A program made the translations under genes and the position numbers. This document shows, in pieces, positions 40,321 through 47,937 of a stretch of DNA of 64,000 nucleotides. The stretch comes from Desulfatiglandales bacterium (lineage in GTDB: Bacteria > Desulfobacterota > DSM-4660 > Desulfatiglandales > Desulfatiglandaceae), in the NCBI GenBank assembly GCA_963662465.1, contig OY759599.1, forward strand, positions 1,728,001 through 1,792,000, given 5' to 3'. Each line of letters begins with the position of its first letter. The stretch's first letter is position 1. The notes beneath the pieces are model-generated. The model was not told where the DNA came from and ran no database searches. It saw nothing but the letters and a program-made list of their open reading frames with translations.

Positions 40321-40554
40321 TTGAGAGTTCGTATGAATAAGCCCGGGCTCGCCCGCAAAGGGACTCAAAGGCGGGATTAAGATCTGACGACGCTCCCCAA
40401 AGGTCACCCTCAACATATGGAGGTTCCACCAAATATTGAGGGGAAATCAACCATTTTATACGCTGCCACTACTCTCTCCTGTTGACCTAACGACCTGTTA
40501 TTAAATCATTAATCCGAAATATTGCCGATTCGCGGTTGTTGGCAGGATAGTTGC
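40321..40554 (+). promoter_or_regulatory. Sigma54 promoter cassette (copy 8) with degenerate bEBP tail
   Basis: LRVRMNKPGLARKGTQRRD* at 40321-40380. Palindrome pair 40407-40442. TAACGACCTGTTA box. TGGCAGGATAGTTGC at 40540-40554. Confidence 0.85.
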
Positions 40555-40567
40555 AGTTCCCAGTTCC

Positions 40568-40858
40568 ATGATCGAGTTCATCATACGAATGAAAGTCCTC
40601 GCACAAAAGCGCAAGGAACTTTCCCAGACGATCGCATTACTGATTGGCGCCATAAAGACAGAGAAGGGATGCCGGCGTTGCGACTTTTGCTGGAGTGTGG
40701 AAGATGAAAACCAACTCTTTCTTCTTGAAGAATGGGATACCCGCGCGGACCTTGACCGCTATCTGAAGTCGGAGCATTTTAAGATACTTCGGGGCGCGAT
40801 GAGCCTTCTTAAGGAACCTTGTGAAACGGTTTTTCACACCATATCAGAGGAGAAGTGA
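40568..40858 (+). CDS. ABM-family (antibiotic biosynthesis/quinol monooxygenase-like) protein, probably leaderless
   Basis: EKGCRRC, LLEEWDT..L..YLKSEHF. No Shine-Dalgarno. ATG is 14 nt after the -12 C. Confidence 0.85.
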   Translation: MIEFIIRMKVLAQKRKELSQTIALLIGAIKTEKGCRRCDFCWSVEDENQLFLLEEWDTRADLDRYLKSEHFKILRGAMSLLKEPCETVFHTISEEK

Positions 40859-40984
40859 AAAATGGAAGGGGGCATATTTCCCTTACTATTGGGTGTGAGC
40901 CATGTATTTTCACTTCGGCAAAGACGACTGGCGCTATAAGAACACTGCCCATTATGTCCGGGCAGTTCGGTACGGGCAGTGATG

Positions 40985-41129
40985 GGCCATATATGACCAT
41001 CGGTCAAATATGACCCTGCTTATTGGCCTACTTATATCTGTTCCGTCAATGTCTTTTCACTGTTTATTATTACAAATCAGTCCATTAGGCATAAAAAAAC
41101 AGGAATTATATTTATGGTATTAACTTTGC
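40985..41129 (+). promoter_or_regulatory. Second-type sigma54 promoter: tandem GGTCA-N4-TGACC sites, IHF site, -24/-12
   Basis: GGCCATATATGACC at 40985-40998 and GGTCAAATATGACC at 41002-41015. AATCAGTCCATTA at 41075-41087. TGGTATTAACTTTGC at 41115-41129. Confidence 0.7.
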
Positions 41130-41230
41130 ATATCTAAAAGACAGCGTAGCAAATTTCAAATGTTTTTGCAGGGAGAGCACTTGCACTCAAGCGATAGCGA
41201 CCGCATGTTCGCTGTGAGATAGAGGGAGAT

Positions 41231-41590
41231 ATGATCATGAAACCGGAAAATGCATCGAAAATCAAGTATGGTGTTTGGGGTATTATTGTTGGCGCAATCG
41301 TCGTAATGATCACCGGTTTTGCGTGGGGGGGATGGACGACCTCCGGCACTACCGAGAAAATGAACGAAGCGGCGGTCCTGGAAAGCCAGGTGGAGATTTG
41401 CGTAGGCCAGTTCATGGCGGAACCGAACCACAAGGAGAAACTTAAAGAAATGGGAGCCCTGGAATCATGGAAGAGGTCTGAATACATCGAAAAAGGCGGC
41501 TGGGACAAAATGCCGGGACAAACGGAAAAGCCTGACTATACCGTGAGTCGCTCATGTGCCGATGGGCTCTCGCTTCTTATTGAGAAATGA
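41231..41590 (+). CDS. Hypothetical membrane-anchored protein
   Basis: RBS GAGGGAG. TM segment, GFAWGGW, two Cys, GGWDKMPG. Confidence 0.75.
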   Translation: MIMKPENASKIKYGVWGIIVGAIVVMITGFAWGGWTTSGTTEKMNEAAVLESQVEICVGQFMAEPNHKEKLKEMGALESWKRSEYIEKGGWDKMPGQTEKPDYTVSRSCADGLSLLIEK

Positions 41591-41634
41591 GTTGGCCGTT
41601 AAAAATGATGAATTCGGAAAGAGTGTCCAAATTC

Positions 41635-41703
41635 GTCGTCCCCGCGAGAGCGGGGGTCCGTAAAAACCTTGTTTTCATGGATTTCCGTGTTCGCGGGAAT
41701 AGC
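41635..41703. repeat. REP-like inverted doublet (GTCnTCCCCGCG...GCGGGAAT type)
   Basis: GTCGTCCCCGCGAGAGCGGGGGTCC ... GGATTTCCGTGTTCGCGGGAATAGC. Confidence 0.5.
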
Positions 41704-41780
41704 GGAAACGGATAATTTTTAACCCATTACCGGGTTCATTATGATGGGATGAAAACTTTTTTTGAGGAAGAGGAGATTGA

Positions 41781-41906
41781 ATGGGAGACAAAGGCAAAAA
41801 AGACAAAGGCAAACGCGAAGACCAGAAAAAAGCCCAACACACAAAAAAGGAGAAACGGCAGGAAAAGAAAGATAAGTTGAAATCCATATGGGAAAACGAG
41901 AAATAA
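41781..41906 (+). CDS. 41-aa Lys-rich small protein
   Basis: RBS GAGGAG. MGDKGKKDKGKREDQKKAQHTKKEKRQEKKDKLKSIWENEK*. Confidence 0.65.
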   Translation: MGDKGKKDKGKREDQKKAQHTKKEKRQEKKDKLKSIWENEK

Positions 41907-41930
41907 ACGAAAAACAAAAAGGGCACGGTT

Positions 41931-44237
41931 ATGACATCTGTTATTAAGTATTATGAGGGAATCAACTCGGTTGCCGTCATCGGCAACTATCTCCCACGCC
42001 AGTGCGGTATCGCGACCTTCACCACGGATCTGGTCGAGGCCCTGTCATTGGAAGCCCCCGATATTGACTGCTGGGCGGCGGCCATGAATGACAAACCCGA
42101 GGGATATGCCTATCCGGAAAAAGTGCGCTTTGAGATCAATCAGAACAAGTTGTCCGATTATAGCGTCGCATCTCAATTCCTCAATATCAGTCAGATGGAT
42201 ATTGTCTGCGTGCAGCATGAATACGGCCTTTTCGGGGGGCCTGCCGGCAGCCATCTGCTGAAATTGTTGGGCGATCTGCGGATGCCGGTGGTGACGACGC
42301 TGCATACGGTTTTAAAAGACCCCGCGCCGGAATATCGTGCGGTGATGTGCAAGCTCGCTGCTCTGTCGGACAAACTGGTGGTCATGAGCCACAAGGCCGT
42401 TGATTTTCTCAAAGACATCTATGAAGTTCCCGAGGAGAAAATTGCCTTTATCCATCACGGCATTCCGGATACCCCGTTTATTGATTCAAGCTTCTACAAA
42501 GACAAGTTCGGCGTGGAAGGGAAAAAGGTGCTGCTCACCTTCGGTTTGCTTTCCCCGAATAAGGGCATTGAAACGGTATTGCAGGCCCTTCCAGCGGTTA
42601 TAAAAAATCACCCGGATGTGGTCTATATTATCCTGGGGGCAACCCATCCCCATATATTGAAATTTCATGGGGATGCCTACCGTATCATGCTGCAGCAGCT
42701 TGTGCATAAACTCCATATCAGCGAGCATGTCATTTTTCAGAATCGTTTTGTTGAACTGAAAGAGTTATGCGAGTTTTTGGGCATCGCCGATATCTACGTC
42801 ACCCCTTATCTTGAAGAAGCTCAGATTACCTCCGGGACCCTTGCCTATGCCATGGGCACGGGCAAGGCCGTCATTTCGACACCCTACTGGTATGCCACCG
42901 AAATGCTTGCCGAAGGCCGGGGCCGAATTGTCCCGTTCCATAATCCGGATGCCATGGCGCAACAAATTTGCGGACTTTTTGACAATGATATAGAACGGCA
43001 CGGCATGCGCAAAAAAGCCTATACCTTCACCCGGGACGCAGTCTGGAAGGAAGTCGCCCGAAATTATCTTCAGGTTTTCACTGAGGTCCGGCAAAACCGC
43101 ACCCGAAACCCCCGTCCAAGACATTCCTATGTTGAAAAGATCATGGCCATCACGAATTTCGAACTTCCCGAGATCAAGCTCAATCACCTGAAGGCCTTTA
43201 CCGATGATACGGGCATTCTGCAGCATGCCAACTATACCATTCCCGATCGCACCCATGGCTACTGCACCGATGATAATGCCAGAGCGTTGCTGGTTGCCGC
43301 CATGGGTCAAAAATATCTGCCCACAAACGGCTTTGGGCTTGATTCCCTCAGCGGACATTATCTCGGATTTCTTCTTTATGCCTATAATGAAAAAACTGAG
43401 CGCTTTCGCAATTTCATGACGTATTCGCGGCAGTGGATGGAGGAGATCGGGTCCGAGGATGCCCATGGCAGAGCTATCTGGTGCCTTGGTAAAGCCGTGG
43501 CGTTTCTTGATAATCCGGGACATCTGGCCATGAGTACAACCCTTTTCAAAAAAGCATTGAGAACCGTCGAGAATTTTCATGCGCCCCGTGCCGTCGCTTT
43601 TTGTTTGGTGGGCATGAATGCTTATCTGCAAAAATTTTCGGGCGACAGTGATGTGCGCAGGATCCGAGAAGTTCTTGCCGACAGGCTTTTTAATCAGTTC
43701 AAAAGCAACGCAACAGACGATTGGCCCTGGCTTGAGAACGCGCTAAACTACGCCAACGGCAAACTGCCCCATGCCCTTTTGGTGTCCGGCCACCGGATGC
43801 AACGCAGCGATATGATCGATTTGGGATTAGTTTCCCTCAAATGGCTGCTTGCCATTCAAACCGAAGAGCATCACTTCGTGCCCATCGGCAGCAACGGATG
43901 GTATAGAAAAAGTGAACCCAGGGCCCGTTTCGACCAGCAACCCGTCGAAGCCAACGCCATGGTTGAGGCTTGTGTGGAAGCTTTTAATATTACCCGGGAT
44001 AAATTCTGGTTTGACAATGCCGTCATGTGTTTCAACTGGTTTCTCGGACACAATGATCTGAACATGCCACTCTATGATCCCAAAACCGGCGGCTGCCGGG
44101 ATGGATTGATGGCGGACGGCATCAACCAGAATGAAGGGGCAGAGTCCTCCCTTGCCTGGCTGCTTTCGTTGATGACATTGCAGACGCTTTATGCGAACGA
44201 AATTTTAAACCAGCCGTTGACAAAGAAAACAGAATAA
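41931..44237 (+). CDS. GT4 glycosyltransferase fused to a helical-barrel (glycosidase-like) domain
   Basis: PRQCGIATFT, QHEYGLFGG, FGLLSPNKG, QITSGTLAYA. Then TDDTGILQHA, GYCTDDNARAL, FDQQPVEA, NQNEGAES. Confidence 0.9.
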   Translation: MTSVIKYYEGINSVAVIGNYLPRQCGIATFTTDLVEALSLEAPDIDCWAAAMNDKPEGYAYPEKVRFEINQNKLSDYSVASQFLNISQMDIVCVQHEYGLFGGPAGSHLLKLLGDLRMPVVTTLHTVLKDPAPEYRAVMCKLAALSDKLVVMSHKAVDFLKDIYEVPEEKIAFIHHGIPDTPFIDSSFYKDKFGVEGKKVLLTFGLLSPNKGIETVLQALPAVIKNHPDVVYIILGATHPHILKFHGDAYRIMLQQLVHKLHISEHVIFQNRFVELKELCEFLGIADIYVTPYLEEAQITSGTLAYAMGTGKAVISTPYWYATEMLAEGRGRIVPFHNPDAMAQQICGLFDNDIERHGMRKKAYTFTRDAVWKEVARNYLQVFTEVRQNRTRNPRPRHSYVEKIMAITNFELPEIKLNHLKAFTDDTGILQHANYTIPDRTHGYCTDDNARALLVAAMGQKYLPTNGFGLDSLSGHYLGFLLYAYNEKTERFRNFMTYSRQWMEEIGSEDAHGRAIWCLGKAVAFLDNPGHLAMSTTLFKKALRTVENFHAPRAVAFCLVGMNAYLQKFSGDSDVRRIREVLADRLFNQFKSNATDDWPWLENALNYANGKLPHALLVSGHRMQRSDMIDLGLVSLKWLLAIQTEEHHFVPIGSNGWYRKSEPRARFDQQPVEANAMVEACVEAFNITRDKFWFDNAVMCFNWFLGHNDLNMPLYDPKTGGCRDGLMADGINQNEGAESSLAWLLSLMTLQTLYANEILNQPLTKKTE

Positions 44238-44251
44238 CAAAAGGATCAGTC

Positions 44252-45271
44252 ATGCATATCGCAATGCTCTCGCCCATTGCCTGGCGTACGCCGCCGCGGC
44301 ATTACGGCCCCTGGGAAAATGTGGCATCCCTTATAACCGAAGGTCTGGTGTCGTGCGGGCATGAGGTCGCCTTGTTTGCCACCGCGGATTCTCAAACCAG
44401 CGGTACGCTGCATGCCGTTTGCCCGCGGGGCTATGAAGAAGACCGCTCGCTCATACCGAAAGTATGGGAGTGCCTGCATATTTCCGAACTTTTCGACCAT
44501 GCCGGGGAGTTTGACATCATTCACAACAATTTTGATTTTCTGCCCCTGACGTATACCGGCCTCACAGCCACCCCGGTGGTGACCACCATTCACGGTTTTT
44601 CATCGCCCGGGATTCTGCCCGTTTACAAAAAATACAACCACACAGTATCGTACGTTTCCATCAGCGATGCCGACCGGTCGCCGGAACTTGATTATATTAA
44701 AACGATCCATCACGGTATTGATATCCGGCAATTTAATTTCCAGCCTGCCCCTGACAATTATTTGCTTTTTTTCGGGCGTATTCACAACGATAAGGGCGCT
44801 CGCCAAGCCATTGAAATAGCCAGGGCCTGCAACAAAAAGCTTATCATGGCGGGCATTATTCAGGACCAGGCTTACCATGATCAATATGTGGCGCCGCACG
44901 TAGACGATGACAAGGTGGTTTATGTGGGCAGCGTCGGACCCGTTGAGCGCGACCGGCTGCTCGGCAAGGCCGGCGCGTTATTGCACCCCATACAGTTTGA
45001 TGAGCCTTTCGGTCTATCCGTTATCGAATCCATGGCCTGTGGTACGCCCGTGATTGCCTTTAACCGGGGCAGCATGCCTGAATTGATCGAAAATAATAAA
45101 AATGGGTTTTTGGTGGACAACGTGGATGAGGCCATTGATTCGGTTGCCCATATCAAAGAGATTGATCGTGCCGGCTGTCGCGGGCATGTTGAACGGCATT
45201 TTACGGTTGATCGCATGGTCGAACAATACATTGAAGTTTATGAAATGATTTTGCGGGACGGTGAACGATGA
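44252..45271 (+). CDS. GT4 glycosyltransferase
   Basis: PPRHYGPWE, FFGRIHNDKG, EPFGLSVIESMACGTPVIA. Confidence 0.92.
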   Translation: MHIAMLSPIAWRTPPRHYGPWENVASLITEGLVSCGHEVALFATADSQTSGTLHAVCPRGYEEDRSLIPKVWECLHISELFDHAGEFDIIHNNFDFLPLTYTGLTATPVVTTIHGFSSPGILPVYKKYNHTVSYVSISDADRSPELDYIKTIHHGIDIRQFNFQPAPDNYLLFFGRIHNDKGARQAIEIARACNKKLIMAGIIQDQAYHDQYVAPHVDDDKVVYVGSVGPVERDRLLGKAGALLHPIQFDEPFGLSVIESMACGTPVIAFNRGSMPELIENNKNGFLVDNVDEAIDSVAHIKEIDRAGCRGHVERHFTVDRMVEQYIEVYEMILRDGER

Positions 45272-46209
45272 AAATGCAGAACCCGATTATAACACGTTTT
45301 AAACATAACCCCATCCTGACCAGAAAGGATGTGCCCTATCCGGTGGCTACCGTTCACAATGCGGGCATCGTCAAACACAACGATCGTTACATTATGCTTT
45401 TCAGATCGCATCTGGAAAACGGGCGGTCCATCATCGGCAGAGCCGACAGTGAAGATGGTTTTTCATTTACGGTTCATCCCAAACCTTTTCTGATCCCTTC
45501 AACGGACACTGTTTTTGCCGAATATGAAGCGTTCGGCGTCGAAGACCTCAGGATTTGCCCGGTGGAGGAGGAGTACCTGCTGACCTACAGTGCCTATTCC
45601 CGTCACGGCGTGCGAATTGCCCTGGCGCGTACAAGGGATTTTGAAACAGTGGAACGCATTGCGCTGATCACCCAGGCCGATCTGCGCAACGTGGTCATTT
45701 TCCCCGAAAAGTTCGGCGGCAGGTATGTGCGTCTGGACCGGCCCCATTCGGAAATTTCCCCCTGGTCCATCTGGATTTCCTATTCTCCCGACCTGGTTCA
45801 CTGGGGTGATTCCCGGGTCATTATGAAGCCGGTGGCCTATCACTGGGATGAAATGAAAATCGGACCCGGGGCGCCGCCCTTCAAAACCGACAAGGGATGG
45901 CTTCATATTTACCATGGCGTTTTCAAGACCATGTCCGGAACAGTGTATCGACTTGGCGCGGCCCTGCATGACCTTGATGATCCGGCCAACATCATCGGCG
46001 TATCCGATCAGTGGATATTGCAGCCGGAGGATCCCTGGGAGGTCACAGGCTATGTGCCCAATGTTGTCTTTACCTGCGGCGCGGTCCCGGAAGACGACGG
46101 CACGGTAAAAATATACTGGGGCGGGGCGGATACGGTCATGTGCGCCGGCACAGCCGTCATTGACGAACTGGTAGCGCTCTGCCTCTCGGTTTCCCGTCCG
46201 GCGTTGTAA
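45268..46209 (+). CDS. GH130 mannoside phosphorylase/glycosidase
   Basis: NPIL, GVEDLRI, FPEKFGGRY, KIGPGAPP, IYHGV, GYVPNVVFTCG, YWGGAD. Confidence 0.9.
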   Translation: MKMQNPIITRFKHNPILTRKDVPYPVATVHNAGIVKHNDRYIMLFRSHLENGRSIIGRADSEDGFSFTVHPKPFLIPSTDTVFAEYEAFGVEDLRICPVEEEYLLTYSAYSRHGVRIALARTRDFETVERIALITQADLRNVVIFPEKFGGRYVRLDRPHSEISPWSIWISYSPDLVHWGDSRVIMKPVAYHWDEMKIGPGAPPFKTDKGWLHIYHGVFKTMSGTVYRLGAALHDLDDPANIIGVSDQWILQPEDPWEVTGYVPNVVFTCGAVPEDDGTVKIYWGGADTVMCAGTAVIDELVALCLSVSRPAL

Positions 46210-46256
46210 ATTGTCCAAAGAACAAGATTTCAACTGACATTAAGGACATCTTTGAT

Positions 46257-47735
46257 ATGCATCATGAAAAGCACCAAAAACTGAAAGTCAAAAGAAGAGC
46301 AACCCAAATCGTAGGGGACACATCGCGGGTTATAACCCGACCTCACATTCCCGAGAACACCCATCGTATATCCAGGATTATTCAACGCATCGTAGACTTG
46401 TCTGATCCTGCGGCCGAAAAGCTTCTTTCAGAAATAATGACTGATTTTTCCAGAAGACACGAGGACATCGGAACCATTTTTGAGCGGCATCTAAATAGGG
46501 TGAAAGATTATCTTCCCCGGAATGCAATCCTCAATGATGTTAAAAGGGCTCTCATCGGGGCCTATTTTACCATGGAGTACGCCATTGAAGCGGCTGCCCT
46601 TTTTAACCCATCCATTATTCAGCATCCTGATCAAAGGCATCTGGAAAAAGGGAGCTTGCGTTTTATTATGAGCTTGCGAGCAACCGGCGAAGGACATGTT
46701 TCATCAATTGTATTTCGCAGCGGCATTCTTGACCGGAACAATAAGTTTCTCTTGGACCCGATCAGTGATTTTGTGGAAACGCCGGATCTCCATCTGGACC
46801 TTGTTTACAAACGCGACGTTTTCCAGCGTAAGCTGAACGAGATGGGCGCCATCCATGAGATAACCGTCCATATTCTTAAACGGATGTCGGAAGATTTTAC
46901 CTATAGTGAGTTATCAGACAAGATTGCAGTGCTTCGCGCAAAACCGCTGTTTTCCAAAGAACACCAAAACAGAACTTTCGAGGTAATGCGCTGGCTTGCG
47001 GATTCCAATTATGAGGTGAGTTTCCACGCGGATCATTGCATCTCCGAACGGGTGATCTTTCCTGTTTCGAAAAACGAAAGCAGGGGCATTGAAGATGCCC
47101 GGTTCGTTCAATTTTTCGATGATAGCCAAGACTTTACCTATTATGCGACCTATACCGCCTATAACGGTTTTACAATCCTCCCGCAGCTGATTGAAACAAA
47201 GGATTTTATAAAATTCAAAGTGATTACGCTCAACGGTAAAGCCGTACAAAACAAAGGCATGGCGCTTTTTCCGCGAAAAATCGGCGGTCGCTATGTCATG
47301 CTCTCACGTCAGGACGGTGAAAACAATCATATTATGTTCTCGGACAATATCCATTTCTGGCAGGAGTCCGAAATTATCCAGGAGCCCACACAGCCCTGGG
47401 AGTTTGTTCAGATCGGCAACTGCGGATCCCCCCTGGAAACCAATAAAGGCTGGATCGTACTTACCCACGGTGTCGGCCCCATGCGCAAATATTGCATCGG
47501 CGCCATGCTGCTTGATCTTGAAAACCCGGCAAAAGTCATTGCCCGCCTTGAAGCACCGTTAATTGCACCTTGTGAGGAAGACCGCGAGGGGTATGTCCCC
47601 AATGTCGTTTATACCTGCGGCGCTATTTTGCACAACAGTGATCTGGTTATTCCCTATGGCATGTCTGATATTAAAACCGGCATCGCCACTGTTGACGTCA
47701 GTGATTTAATCAACGGTATGCAGGCAGTCTCTTAG
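46257..47735 (+). CDS. GH130-related glycosidase with N-terminal extension
   Basis: EYAIEAAALFNPS, SLRATGEGHVSSI, GIEDARFV, NKGMALFPRKI, QIGNCGSP, REGYVPNVVYTCG. Confidence 0.88.
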   Translation: MHHEKHQKLKVKRRATQIVGDTSRVITRPHIPENTHRISRIIQRIVDLSDPAAEKLLSEIMTDFSRRHEDIGTIFERHLNRVKDYLPRNAILNDVKRALIGAYFTMEYAIEAAALFNPSIIQHPDQRHLEKGSLRFIMSLRATGEGHVSSIVFRSGILDRNNKFLLDPISDFVETPDLHLDLVYKRDVFQRKLNEMGAIHEITVHILKRMSEDFTYSELSDKIAVLRAKPLFSKEHQNRTFEVMRWLADSNYEVSFHADHCISERVIFPVSKNESRGIEDARFVQFFDDSQDFTYYATYTAYNGFTILPQLIETKDFIKFKVITLNGKAVQNKGMALFPRKIGGRYVMLSRQDGENNHIMFSDNIHFWQESEIIQEPTQPWEFVQIGNCGSPLETNKGWIVLTHGVGPMRKYCIGAMLLDLENPAKVIARLEAPLIAPCEEDREGYVPNVVYTCGAILHNSDLVIPYGMSDIKTGIATVDVSDLINGMQAVS

Positions 47736-47937
47736 AGCCTTTTTGCTAATAACTTCTTTTTGTTGAAGTCCCGATGGATCTTCTGGTATAAAAAAAAATA
47801 CCGATAGCGTTGTAAAAAAAATGGAGGGGATAGAATTACGTTCAAAATTCAAATAGGTTAAACGTATTGATAATTGGGTAACAACCAACCACCTGGTAAA
47901 ATGAGCGAGGGTGATTTTGATATGCGAAAGGAGCGCT

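Noticed and set aside
852..40442. 36-bp palindromic repeat as a CRISPR repeat
   Set aside because: Copies are dispersed kilobases apart in both orientations, with no 30-40 bp spacers and no cas genes. Flanking sequence is conserved too.
741..40554. Promoter cassette as a classical MITE or a structured ncRNA
   Set aside because: It has no terminal inverted repeats or target duplications and its ends are ragged. Conservation is limited to DNA-binding-type motifs at fixed spacing.
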